Shown: positions 1 through 8,895 of the stretch, in pieces | Position numbering within the stretch: position 1 is the first letter of the stretch | Layout: the number at the start of each line of letters is the position of its first letter | Assembly: GCF_016127575.1 (NCBI RefSeq) | Contig: NZ_CP066019.1 | Location: forward strand, 300,001 to 332,000 | Direction of reading: 5' to 3' | Source: Cupriavidus necator | GTDB lineage: Bacteria; Pseudomonadota; Gammaproteobacteria; Burkholderiales; Burkholderiaceae | Length of the DNA stretch: 32,000 bases | Notes under the pieces: generated by a model | What the model saw: only the letters and a program-made list of their open reading frames with translations | What the model was told of the DNA's origin: nothing | Database searches by the model: none | Position numbers and translations under genes: made by a program

Positions 1-676
1 CGAAGCAGGAGGCCTTCATCTGCTCGACGAACCGCCGTAGCCATTCCACGGCTTCAGCGCTGCGGGCTATGGGGAGGCCCATGGCTTGCTGTATGACCAT
101 AAACCGGCCCGGCAACAACCTCAGGCCCGCAGTGCGCTTGGCATCTGCTTCCAATTGCTGTCGCACCCCTGCAGCCACGTCCGCGCTTTGCTCCAGGAAT
201 GTTTGCACAACGGCCGGGGACGTCGGCGCGCGCACGATGTGTGCATGTTGCAGCGTACGAGTGAGATAAAGATCGTAGGCGCTCCCTTTTCCTACCACGA
301 CACGGCGTCCGGCAAGATCGACCTCTTCGTTGGCCTTGACGGTGGATTCCTCCTTCACCAAATACGCGCCTTCGATCAGCACGTAGGGTTCGGAGAATGC
401 GATGCCGGCCCCCCGGACCGGGTCGACGGCAAAGAATCCGAAGTCCGCCTGTTCGGCCGTGACGGCCTCGACCGACTTCCCCGCTGAGTCAAATACGACA
501 AGCTCAAGCGGAACACCCAGGCAACTGGCAAGCTCACGGGCGAGGTCCACTGAAACGCCGAATGGATTGCCGCCGGCATCGAGGTTTGCCAGGATAGGGT
601 TGCCTACGTTGATGGATGCGCGAAGGATTCCCGTCGGCGCAAGCTCCGCTGCGAGCCTTGCATATTGACTTGTCAT
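1..676 (-). CDS. Type-2 periplasmic-binding-fold (SBP_bac_3-like) protein without signal peptide; C-terminus cut by the window edge
   Basis: Absent from the ORF track because it runs off the window. The reverse complement from ATG 676..674 stays open to position 1 and reads MTSQYARLAAELAPTGILRASINVGNPILANLDAGGNPFGVSVDLARELASCLGVPLELVVFDSAGKSVEAVTAEQADFGFFAVDP...GKGSAYDLYL. GGAAG lies 5 nt upstream. It starts 22 nt after the stop of the upstream Ldh_2 gene. Confidence 0.55.
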   Translation of the reverse strand, partial: MTSQYARLAAELAPTGILRASINVGNPILANLDAGGNPFGVSVDLARELASCLGVPLELVVFDSAGKSVEAVTAEQADFGFFAVDPVRGAGIAFSEPYVLIEGAYLVKEESTVKANEEVDLAGRRVVVGKGSAYDLYLTRTLQHAHIVRAPTSPAVVQTFLEQSADVAAGVRQQLEADAKRTAGLRLLPGRFMVIQQAMGLPIARSAEAVEWLRRFVEQMKASCF

Positions 677-698
677 GATGCTTCCGGCGTGTGCCATT

Positions 699-1742
699 TC
701 AGTTCGTCTTTGCGTTGGCATGTCGATCCAGTAGCGCCTTCACCGCTGGATCCATGGCAATGCCCTTTTCGCGCTGACGCGCCAGCTTGTCGAGTTCGAT
801 CTCTCCGGGAACAATGACAGGCTTGCCAGGCTCCGCGGGTGCGCTACCGTGGAGGATCGCCGCAAAGTCTTGCATGCGGGCAGCCAGCCATTGGGCCGAT
901 CCCAGTCGCCGGGTATCAACCAGGATAAAGAAATGGCCCAGGTTCTGGGGCTGGTCGGGTGCATCGACCCACGACTTGACGTGAGTCAGGTACGCCGCAT
1001 CCGACAGCAGTCCTGCGAAAAGATCGACCATCAGTGCCAGTCCATAGCCCTTGTGCCCGCCAATCGGAAGCAGGAAGCCATCGAGGGCAGCCTTGGGATC
1101 GGTGGTCCGTCGTCCTTGCGCGTCGGTAGCCCATGAATCCGGGATGGATTGTCCTGCCTTGAGCGCATTGCGAATCTTGGCGCGTGCGGCCACGCTCATG
1201 GCCATGTCCAGCAGGAAGTGGCGGCCGTCATGCCCCGGTACGCCGAAACCCAGCGGGCTGTTGCCCAGGCGTGCGTCGCTTCCACCCCATGGCGCGATGG
1301 TCGTCGTGGCGTTGCTGCCAATCATGCTGGCGAATCCTGCTTCCGCCGCAATGTAGCTGTACGGTGAAACTGGCCCGAAATGATTGCTGCCCCGGACGAA
1401 GGCCATGCCGATGCCGAATTCTTCGGCGACTTCCATGGCGGCGCGCAGCGCCTTCATGCCAGCGAGCGGGCCGACTGCGTTGCCACCATCGACCTTCACC
1501 AGCGCTGGCGCGGCGCGCTCGACTGTAATGGTGGGGCGTGCCGAGATACCGCCGGACTGGAGCCGTTCGCCATAGGATTCAATGCGAGACAGTCCATGGG
1601 TGCTGAGCCCGAAGAGGTCTGCAAGTACCAGGATGTCAATGACATCGATGGCGTCCCCTTCGGTCAGGCCCAGGCCCTGGAACGCGCGCACTCCGAGCTG
1701 GCGGAGTTCGGCTTCGGATACAGTGATTCGATCTTGTTGCAT
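699..1742 (-). CDS. Ldh_2 family oxidoreductase (malate/L-lactate/ureidoglycolate dehydrogenase-like)
   Basis: The real part of ORF 699..1985 starts at the internal ATG 1742 (MQQDRITVSEAELRQLG...). Family-typical blocks are LSTHGLSRIESY, FVRGSNHFGP, IAPWGG and LLPIGGHKGYGLALMVD. The upstream 81 codons overlap the neighbouring gene's 3' end. Confidence 0.85.
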   Translation of the reverse strand: MQQDRITVSEAELRQLGVRAFQGLGLTEGDAIDVIDILVLADLFGLSTHGLSRIESYGERLQSGGISARPTITVERAAPALVKVDGGNAVGPLAGMKALRAAMEVAEEFGIGMAFVRGSNHFGPVSPYSYIAAEAGFASMIGSNATTTIAPWGGSDARLGNSPLGFGVPGHDGRHFLLDMAMSVAARAKIRNALKAGQSIPDSWATDAQGRRTTDPKAALDGFLLPIGGHKGYGLALMVDLFAGLLSDAAYLTHVKSWVDAPDQPQNLGHFFILVDTRRLGSAQWLAARMQDFAAILHGSAPAEPGKPVIVPGEIELDKLARQREKGIAMDPAVKALLDRHANAKTN

Positions 1743-1762
1743 GCTGGATATTCTCGGAAGAC

Positions 1763-2770
1763 TTAGTTTGCCTGGATTCCCGCGCTGCGGATGACGGTGC
1801 CCCAGCGTTGTTGCTCGGCACGAATGAATGACGCAAATTCGGCGCTGCCCGCGCCGACAGGCGTGCTTGCGTCCTCGGCAAGTCGTTGTCGCACCAGCGG
1901 GGTGGCCAGGGCCTTGACTGCCTCGGCATGCAGGCGGCTGACCACCGGCGTTGGCGTGCGCGCTGGCGCCATCAGCCCAAACCATTGCGAGCTTTCAAAT
2001 CCCGGGTAGCCTTCCTCGGCAATGGTGGGAACGTTGGGAATCGGCGCGAGGCGCTGTGACGATCCAACGGCGAGGATGCGCAGCTTGCCCGCCTTGGCGT
2101 GTTGCAGGATCCCCGCCAGGCCCGCCGATGCGGCGTCGATGTTTCCGGCGAGCAAGTCGGAAATCTGGGCGCCGGTGCCCTTGTATGGCACGTGCACAAG
2201 ATCGATATGCGCAGTCTGCTTGAGCATCTCGAAGGCAACGTTGCCAGCGCTTCCGTTGCCCGCCGATCCATAGGTCATGGCACCAGGCTTCGTCTTGGCC
2301 TGGGCGATGAATGCCTTGATGGAATCGCTATGGACGGTAGGCCCCACCGCGAACACCATCGGCACTTTCGCCAGCAAAGTCACCGGCGTGAAGTCCTTCA
2401 GAGGATCGTAGGGAAGCTTGCGCATCATGGCGGGATTGACGGCAAGCGTGCCAACGTGGCCGAGAACCAGTGTGTATCCGTCAGGCGCTGCGCGTGCGGT
2501 CTCCTGCATGGCGATGACACCCTGGCCGCCGCCCTTGTTGTCCACCACGATCTGTTGGCCCAGATTCTTCGACATCTCTGCCGCGATGACGCGGGCAATG
2601 GCGTCCGAGCTTCCGCCGGGCCCATACGGGACAATCAGCCGGATCGGCCTGGCGGGTGTCCAGGTCTGCGCCTGTGCGGGAATCAGTGCAGTGGCTAGCG
2701 GGATCGCGAGGGCGGCTAGGGCGTTACGGCGCGACATGCGCCGTAACGGCTCTTGTACTTTGTTGGGCAT
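1763..2770 (-). CDS. Bug family (TctC-like) tripartite tricarboxylate transporter substrate-binding protein
   Basis: ORF 1763..2827. I prefer the start at ATG 2770, preceded by AGGAGA. The product reads MPNKVQEPLRRMSRRNALAALAIPLATALIPAQA followed by PIRLIVPYGPGGSSD, YGSAGNGS and HVPYKGTG, which are typical Bug motifs. The signal peptide carries an SRRNAL twin-arginine-like n-region. Confidence 0.85.
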   Translation of the reverse strand: MPNKVQEPLRRMSRRNALAALAIPLATALIPAQAQTWTPARPIRLIVPYGPGGSSDAIARVIAAEMSKNLGQQIVVDNKGGGQGVIAMQETARAAPDGYTLVLGHVGTLAVNPAMMRKLPYDPLKDFTPVTLLAKVPMVFAVGPTVHSDSIKAFIAQAKTKPGAMTYGSAGNGSAGNVAFEMLKQTAHIDLVHVPYKGTGAQISDLLAGNIDAASAGLAGILQHAKAGKLRILAVGSSQRLAPIPNVPTIAEEGYPGFESSQWFGLMAPARTPTPVVSRLHAEAVKALATPLVRQRLAEDASTPVGAGSAEFASFIRAEQQRWGTVIRSAGIQAN

Positions 2771-2883
2771 TGTGTCTCCTGCTTGGTCAGGACAGTGTTT
2801 CGTTCCATCCATAGGGCGAATGATCACGCTGACCGGATTCCAGTGTAAAGTGCAAAGATCACAAGTATTCTTGCGTAAGACAC

Positions 2884-3780
2884 ATGAATTTCGATTTGGC
2901 GGACTTGCGAGCGTTCCTGGCCGTAGCCGATCTGGGCAGCTTCAAGGCGGCATCCGATGCGATGTTCCTGTCGCAGTCGGCACTGTCGCGTCGCGTCGAT
3001 AAACTGGAAGAAGCGCTTGGCGTCGCGCTGTTCACGCGGACCACCCGGAAAGTCGAATTGACTACCCTGGGCCGCATGTTTGTGCACAAGGCGCGAAACG
3101 TCATCAACGAGCTGGAAGAGGCCATGCTCGGCATCCAGACCGTTGCCGATCGGCTGTCGGGCGAGGTGACGCTTGCATGCGTACCGTCTGCGGTCGGGCA
3201 TTTCCTGCCCTCTGTCGTGGGGCCGTATCACGAGCGCTATCCGGGGATACGGATCCGCATCATTGACGAGTCTTCCGGGGATGTCCTTCTCGCGGTCACG
3301 CGCGGCGATGCGGATTTCGGCCTGACCTATATCGGGACGCAGGAGCCTGACATCGATTTCTGCCCCTTGATTGAAGAGGCGTTCGTTGTCGCCTGTCGCA
3401 AGGGGCATCCGCTGGCGACGCGAAGAAGCGTCAAATGGAAAGACCTTGAAGGCTTTGACTACATTACGCTCGCGCAAGGCAGCGGCAACCGCTTCCTGAT
3501 CGACCAGGCCCTTGCGCGGCTGCCGGTAAGACCGCGATGGTACTGCGAGGTAAATCATGTTCCCGCCTTGGTAAGCCTGGTCCAGGCCGACCTGGGAATC
3601 GGTGTTGTGCCTCGAATGGCTTTGCCGCCGAAGTCCAGCAGTGGTCTGCTTGCGATCCCGCTGACTGACCCAGTGATAACTCGAACGTTGGGATTGATCT
3701 CGCGACGAGGACGCCCGTTGGCGCCGGCCGCTCAGTTTCTCTTTGACATGCTTATCCGAAGAGGAACAGCGAAACCCTAG
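2884..3780 (+). CDS. LysR family transcriptional regulator
   Basis: The 298-aa ORF has the N-terminal HTH MNFDLADLRAFLAVADLGSFKAASDAMFLSQSALSRRVDKLEEALGVALFTRTTR. It is divergent from the Bug/Ldh_2 operon across a 113-bp intergenic region. Confidence 0.9.
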   Translation: MNFDLADLRAFLAVADLGSFKAASDAMFLSQSALSRRVDKLEEALGVALFTRTTRKVELTTLGRMFVHKARNVINELEEAMLGIQTVADRLSGEVTLACVPSAVGHFLPSVVGPYHERYPGIRIRIIDESSGDVLLAVTRGDADFGLTYIGTQEPDIDFCPLIEEAFVVACRKGHPLATRRSVKWKDLEGFDYITLAQGSGNRFLIDQALARLPVRPRWYCEVNHVPALVSLVQADLGIGVVPRMALPPKSSSGLLAIPLTDPVITRTLGLISRRGRPLAPAAQFLFDMLIRRGTAKP

Positions 3781-3879
3781 GCGCGTGGCACGAAGTTACT
3801 GCCGTGTCAGTGACCACCGGTGTCAGAGCACCCATGGTCACTCGGGAAGGAAGCGATGATCGACCGAGAATGGCCGACC

Positions 3880-4169
3880 CAGGCTCGTCCGGGCGCAGTT
3901 TGGCCTTGACGCCATCCACGTTCAGGCCCCCGACGTGATCCATGTGCATATGCGTAATCACGATGTCGGTGACCGCAGCCAGGCCTCGACCGTCGCACGT
4001 CTTGTGCAACCATCGTTGCAACCGATTGTAGGCAGCGGGGGCGAACGCCAGTAGCATCGCGAAGGCCCTCAGTATGTTGACCGAACGGCAACAATTGCTC
4101 CTGCGTCAGTACGAGCGCATGCGGAAATATCACGAACGCATCCACGCCATGCGTGGCATGCGGATTCAC
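3880..4169 (-). pseudogene. Remnant of an MBL-fold metallo-hydrolase (frameshifted and 3'-truncated)
   Basis: Frame of ORF 3752..4057 contains ...GLAAVTDIVITHMHMDHVGGLNVDG, the HxHxDH zinc motif. The N-terminal part sits in a different frame (ORF 3807..4169). No downstream MBL motifs follow the motif. Boundaries are approximate. Confidence 0.45.
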
Positions 4170-4209
4170 AGACGCGCCGAATCACGCGTGATTGACCCGA
4201 TCGCACCAG

Positions 4210-4252
4210 GCGGGCCGGAAGCCGGGAAGCTGCCGGCCCGCTTCTTATTTCG
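4210..4252 (+). terminator. GC-rich hairpin followed by a T-tract (intrinsic-terminator-like)
   Basis: GCGGGCCGG (4210-4218) pairs perfectly with CCGGCCCGC (4233-4241) around a 14-nt loop, followed by TTCTTATTTCG. It is canonical only in the + orientation. It lies between the argC stop and the MBL remnant, so it may act bidirectionally or be a relic. Confidence 0.4.
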
Positions 4253-4266
4253 ACGCTGGGTAGGCT

Positions 4267-5220
4267 TCAGGCGGCCCGGTGAACCTCCGCCGCCACCCCG
4301 GCCAGCATGAGGTCGAGGTTCTGCACTGCCGCCCCCGAAGCACCCTTGCCGAGGTTGTCGAACACCGCTGCCAACAGCACTTGCCCGTGCTCGCAGTTGG
4401 CGAACACGCCCAGGCGCAGGTCGTTGGTGCCGTTCAGTGCCTGCGGGTCGAGGTGAGTAGCGGCGGCCGATTCGGCTAGCGGCATCACCTCGACATGGCG
4501 GGCGTTGGCGTAGTGGTCGAGCAGGCAGGCGTGCAGCCTGCCGACGTCCGTGCCGGGTGCCAGCAGGTCCAACTCCAGCGCCACCGTCAGTACGATACCT
4601 TGCCGGAAGGCGCCGTAGGCCGGCACGAAGGCGGGGCGCCGTGCCAGGCCCGCGTGCTGCCGGATTTCAGGCGTGTGCTTGTGCGCCAGGTCCAGGCCGT
4701 AGACCTGGAAGGGCAGGGCCCGGGTGGCCTCCGGTCCCTCGTAGGTATCGACGGCGATGCGGCCGCCACCCGAATAACCCGACACCGCATGGATGGCGAT
4801 GGGGTAGTCGTGCGGCAGCAGGCCGGCCTCCGCCAGGGGGCGCAACAGGCCGATCGCCCCGGTGGGATAGCAGCCCGGATTGCTGACGCGCAGCGCGCCC
4901 GCGATGCGCTGCGCCTGGCCGGCGGTCATCTCGGGAAAGCCGTAGGTCCAGCCGGGCTGCGTGCGGTGTGCCGAACTGGCGTCGATCACACGCACCGCAG
5001 GGTTGACGATGGACGCCACCGCCTCGCGTGCGGCGGAGTCCGGCAGGCACAGGATGGCGATGTCGCAGCCGTTGATGGCGTCGGCGCGGGCGCGCGCATC
5101 CTTGCGCTGGCCGGCGGGCAGTGTCAGCAGGCGCAGATCGTCGCGTCCGCGCAGGCGCTCGTGGATCTGAAGGCCGGTGGTGCCCTGGTCGCCGTCGATG
5201 AAAACAAGAGGGTAGCGCAT
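4267..5220 (-). CDS. argC: N-acetyl-gamma-glutamyl-phosphate reductase, short type-2 form
   Basis: The 317-aa ORF reads [23 protein letters not shown]..., with [17 protein letters not shown] (catalytic Cys), AVSGYSGGG and [19 protein letters not shown]. These blocks and the length match type-2 ArgC. Confidence 0.9.
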   Translation of the reverse strand: MRYPLVFIDGDQGTTGLQIHERLRGRDDLRLLTLPAGQRKDARARADAINGCDIAILCLPDSAAREAVASIVNPAVRVIDASSAHRTQPGWTYGFPEMTAGQAQRIAGALRVSNPGCYPTGAIGLLRPLAEAGLLPHDYPIAIHAVSGYSGGGRIAVDTYEGPEATRALPFQVYGLDLAHKHTPEIRQHAGLARRPAFVPAYGAFRQGIVLTVALELDLLAPGTDVGRLHACLLDHYANARHVEVMPLAESAAATHLDPQALNGTNDLRLGVFANCEHGQVLLAAVFDNLGKGASGAAVQNLDLMLAGVAAEVHRAA

Positions 5221-5421
5221 GGGATGGATCCTTGGCAGTGGCGTGAAAGTGGCGGCCCCGGCCGGTTCAGCATCAGCTCTGCGTTGGTGCGGCCGGTACA
5301 GGAAGCGCCATCTTGCGCCACCGGCTAGAATCGAAGAAGTTGAATTTCATGACGATGAAATTCACGTTTCCTGAACGATATTCCTCGTCAGCAGATACGC
5401 CCTTAACCGGAGTGCCGCCCC

Positions 5422-6306
5422 ATGCGCGAGATCAGCCTGGACCGCCTGCGTACCCTCGTCGCCATCGCCGATCTGGGTTCCTTCGCCGAAGCCGCGCGCG
5501 CGTTGCACCTGGCTCCGCCCACCGTCAGCCTTCACATTGCCGAGCTGGAAGCCCGTGTCGGTGCGCAACTGCTGACGCGCAGGCGCGGTGAGGTGCGTCC
5601 GTCGTCCATTGGCGAGACCCTGGTCGATCGCGCCCGCCGCCTGCTGGCCGATGCCGACCTTGCGCTGGACGACGTGCAGCGTCAGGTGCAGGGGTTGACC
5701 GGCCGCGTGCGCCTCGGCGCCTCGACCGGGGCCATCGCCCACCTGCTGCCGCAGGCGCTGGCCATGCTGGCGGAGCGGCATCCCGACATCGACGTGCAGG
5801 TGGCCGTGCTTACCTCGGAGGAGACGCTGGCGCGGCTGGCCGCCGGCACGCTGGAGATCGGTCTGGTGGCACTGCCACAGGCGCGCGTGGCGGGGCTGAC
5901 CATCCGCCCTTGGCGGCGCGATCCGGTACGGGCTTTCCTGCCAGCGAGCTGGCCCTGCCCGGCGCGCATCACGCCGGCCTGGCTGGCAACGCGCCCGCTG
6001 ATCCTCAATGACGGCACCACGCGCCTGTCGCGCCTGACCGCCGAGTGGTTCGCCAGCGGTGGCCACAGGCCGGCGCCGCGGATTCAGCTCAACTACAACG
6101 ACGCCATCAAGAGCCTGGTGGCGGCCGGCTATGGCGCGGCCCTGCTGCCACACGAGGTCACCACGCCGGCGCCGGATGCGCGCATAGTGATGCGGCCGCT
6201 GCGGCCGGCGTTGTGGCGGCGACTGGGGTTGGCGCACAGCGGGGAGCGGGTAGAACGCGCCACGGAATACGTACGGGAGGCCCTGTGGGCGCTGCGGGCG
6301 GGATAG
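5422..6306 (+). CDS. LysR family transcriptional regulator
   Basis: The 294-aa ORF has the HTH MREISLDRLRTLVAIADLGSFAEAARALHLAPPTVSLHIAELEARVGAQLLTRR. It is divergent from argC across a 201-bp intergenic region. Confidence 0.88.
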   Translation: MREISLDRLRTLVAIADLGSFAEAARALHLAPPTVSLHIAELEARVGAQLLTRRRGEVRPSSIGETLVDRARRLLADADLALDDVQRQVQGLTGRVRLGASTGAIAHLLPQALAMLAERHPDIDVQVAVLTSEETLARLAAGTLEIGLVALPQARVAGLTIRPWRRDPVRAFLPASWPCPARITPAWLATRPLILNDGTTRLSRLTAEWFASGGHRPAPRIQLNYNDAIKSLVAAGYGAALLPHEVTTPAPDARIVMRPLRPALWRRLGLAHSGERVERATEYVREALWALRAG

Positions 6307-6526
6307 TGCCGTTGGCCACACGTCGGCCGGCGGCTGTGCGCGGCGCCGCCACGCGTTGATCGTGTCCTCGATTGCATTGATGGAGACATTTGCCGCGCCT
6401 GTCTGCATGTTGCGGTCATGGGCCCCTCACTGGTGAGCGCCCCAAGCTCAGCGCCCATGGGGCTGCTAGCGACGGGCGGCATAAGCGCCGTGCAGTTTCG
6501 GACTAGAATCCTCTGAGGAGGTGTCA

Positions 6527-7030
6527 GTCATGTCAGCTATCAAGCGCATCGATCCGGGCCATTCCGCCCATCAGGCCGCGCCGCACAGGACCCCCCGCTA
6601 CCCTGCGGAGCACGTCACGCTGACGGCTGGCTCCAGGAAGAGGCTACGCCCCAGTGTGCCGCATCGAAAGGTCGGGCGCGGCAAGGTCGGCGTCGGCGGC
6701 AAGTAGGGACCTGCAGCGGCTGGTCGGCTTCGCGCCCGGCGGCTCGGTCGATGGGCCGGCCGGTCCCGTACAGGCACTCGATCACTTCTTCACGATCGAA
6801 GTACGCGCCGGCGCGTGACGTTCAGTTCGTTGCCATAGTCTGTGTCGGCATCAGCGATCACCGGTACCACTACCGACTGCGCGATGACGCGTGAACAAGC
6901 TGGGCGTGGGGCAGATCACGCACGATGTGTCGTCGGCGCCGGAGGGTCAGCGTCATTCTTGAACTCGCGTGCACCCTCATCGCACGCCGGCGCGGAGCAG
7001 AGTTTGCAGCTACTTGAGCGCTATTGGGTT
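6527..7030 (-). pseudogene. Decayed isocitrate lyase/PEP mutase family gene (PrpB / carboxy-PEP mutase-like)
   Basis: Minus-strand codons 6891..6811 read RVIAQSVVVPVIADADTDYGNELNVTR, which matches the family's P-[VL]-x-x-D-x-D-x-G-[YF]-G-N..NV.RT block. The frame stops at 6790. A shifted frame continues RAGAYFDRE... where the intact family has AGAAG.H.EDQ. No ORF of 60 aa or more survives. The outer limits are uncertain. Confidence 0.5.
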
Positions 7031-7096
7031 CGCAGGCTTGTGTTTACAGCGCGAGCGTCTACCGTGAAAGGCGATCCCACAGGAAAGGAGACAGCA

Positions 7097-7378
7097 ATGA
7101 AAAAGCTAGCTTTCCTCGCCGCCCTTTCGCTAACGGCCGTTGCGGCGTGGGCGCAGGGCGGTCGCTACGGTTCGCCTCCAACACCGGGGACTGACACTGG
7201 CAGGCGCGCGGAGCCAACTGTGCAGGCCGCCAGCGGAGCTTCCGGCGAGAGTGCCAAGAAAGACAAGAGCGAAGCGCACGGCAAGGTTGACCGCAGCAAG
7301 GGGCGTGCCGGCGGCCAAGGCGCTTCCGCCGCGGCAACGCGTGGCCGTCCTGCATCGGCGCCCGAGAGCCAGCCCTGA
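7097..7378 (+). CDS. Small secreted low-complexity protein (hypothetical)
   Basis: The internal ATG of ORF 6842..7378 is preceded by AGGAAAGGAGACAGCA. The product starts MKKLAFLAALSLTAVAAWAQG, a Sec signal with AWA-Q cleavage. It is followed by a Gly/Ala/Ser/Lys/Arg-rich 70-aa tail. Confidence 0.55.
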   Translation: MKKLAFLAALSLTAVAAWAQGGRYGSPPTPGTDTGRRAEPTVQAASGASGESAKKDKSEAHGKVDRSKGRAGGQGASAAATRGRPASAPESQP

Positions 7379-7466
7379 GCTGGCCACCGCGAGTTCTTGT
7401 TCCCCAATAGGGATTGCACAACCCTTGACTGGGTGATCGCTTGCGCCTGCCCGCGGGCAGGCGATG

Positions 7467-8705
7467 CTAAGTATCGTGCCCGGTCAGATCGCGGATGCGG
7501 GGGTAGACGTCGGTGCACCAGCGAGGCCCGCAGAACAGATCATAGTGGCCGCACTGGCGGGCCGTGAGGTGCCGCTTGTCGCATGCGGCGATGCCTTGGC
7601 ACAGATCGTGCGCGGCCTGCGTCTGGCCCCGGCCGGAAATCTCATCCTGTTCGCCCTCGATGGTCAGCAGTGCGGTGGTACGGATGTCCTGTGGCCGTAC
7701 TGCCTCGCCCCGCACCTGCCAGCTGCCGCGCGCCAACTGAAATTCCTGGAACACGAGCTGGATGGTGTCCAGGTAAAACTCGGCCGCCATGTCGAGCACC
7801 GCGTGGTAGGCATCGCAGGCACGCCGGTGCTCCTTGGCACGCACGGGGTCGCAGCGAACGAGATCCAGGCAATAGTCCCAATAAGCCTCCCCCAGACGTT
7901 CTGGCTGTGCCGCCGCCAAGCCGGCAAGTTGCAGAAAGCTTGGGCACACCTTGCGTCCGGCACCCGGGTAGGGCTGCGGTACCGCATAGATCAGGTTACG
8001 CTGAAACCACGCGAGAGAGTGGCGCGCGGCCAGACGTCCGAGTGCAGTCGGGCTGCGGCGTGCATCGACCGGGCCGCCCACCAGGATGAGGCTCCTGGGC
8101 GTCGGCTCACCCGCGCTCGCCAACAGGGAAACCGCAGCCAGCGCTGGCACGGTGGCCTGACAGATGGCCAGCACATGTAGCGGTTCCGCCCCGATCCGAC
8201 GGATAAAGGCCTGCAGGTGGGCCACCTGGTCATCGAGGTGGAACGGTCCTTCGGCCACCGGCACGCGACGCGCATCGTTCCAATCCGTCACATACACGAC
8301 ATGCTCGGGCAGCAAGGCCTGCACGACTTCACGCAGCATGACGGCATGATGGCCCGCCAGCGGCGCACAGACCAGCACCGGCGGCGTCGGTGCGGTGCAA
8401 GGGTCAAGCGCGCCCATGTCGGGTGCGAAGCGCAGCAGCCGGCAAAACGGCCCTTCCACGATGACCTGCTCAGCCACCGCGATGACGTGGCCGTCGCGCC
8501 GGATGGCGGTGATGATGCCAAACGACGGCTTCTCGCAGGTCCTGCCGAGCCGGTAGAGCATCTCATAGCCAGCAGCAAAGCACGATGCGCCCGGGACATA
8601 CGCGAAGGGGCTGGCCGGATCGATGAACGCATTTGCTGCGCTCGCCGCCCATGCGGTGAATGGCGCGAGCAGCGCGCGCTGATACTCGACGAGCTGGTAC
8701 AGCAT
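7467..8705 (-). CDS. phaZ: Intracellular poly(3-hydroxybutyrate) depolymerase, PhaZa type
   Basis: The start is at ATG 8705, preceded by GGGAG, giving MLYQLVEYQRALLAPFTAWA..., 412 aa. LAICQATVP places Cys182 at the nucleophile position. D354 (EGEQDEISG) and H387 (CGHYDLF) align with the Cys183/Asp355/His388 triad I recall for R. eutropha PhaZa1. Confidence 0.85.
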   Translation of the reverse strand: MLYQLVEYQRALLAPFTAWAASAANAFIDPASPFAYVPGASCFAAGYEMLYRLGRTCEKPSFGIITAIRRDGHVIAVAEQVIVEGPFCRLLRFAPDMGALDPCTAPTPPVLVCAPLAGHHAVMLREVVQALLPEHVVYVTDWNDARRVPVAEGPFHLDDQVAHLQAFIRRIGAEPLHVLAICQATVPALAAVSLLASAGEPTPRSLILVGGPVDARRSPTALGRLAARHSLAWFQRNLIYAVPQPYPGAGRKVCPSFLQLAGLAAAQPERLGEAYWDYCLDLVRCDPVRAKEHRRACDAYHAVLDMAAEFYLDTIQLVFQEFQLARGSWQVRGEAVRPQDIRTTALLTIEGEQDEISGRGQTQAAHDLCQGIAACDKRHLTARQCGHYDLFCGPRWCTDVYPRIRDLTGHDT

Positions 8706-8867
8706 GAAGACTCCCGTAGGAACGCGCACAAGATTCCGGCTGGCAATGACATCCGCGCTGTGTTGCTCACGGCGATGGGCATGCTGCCGGGGTCGATGTG
8801 CCTCTCCATGGCAACAGGTGTCACCGCGGGGGGGGAACGTGCAGTCATAAACACGGGCCAGGATTTC

Positions 8868-8895
8868 ACTATATGTCGGACAGGCCTTGCTGCAA
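8868..8895 (-). promoter_or_regulatory. Candidate sigma70 promoter upstream of phaZ
   Basis: On the minus strand, TTGCAG (8895-8890), a 16-nt spacer, then TATAGT (8873-8868). This implies a 5' leader of about 155 nt. Pattern match only. Confidence 0.25.

Noticed and set aside
6521-6706. A 61-aa ORF preceded by GAGGAGG
   Set aside because: It lies at the 3' edge of the decayed PEP-mutase-family gene, on the opposite strand. It encodes a very basic peptide rich in Arg, Pro, Gly and Lys. The SD is striking, so it is mentioned in a finding, but not enough supports calling it a gene.
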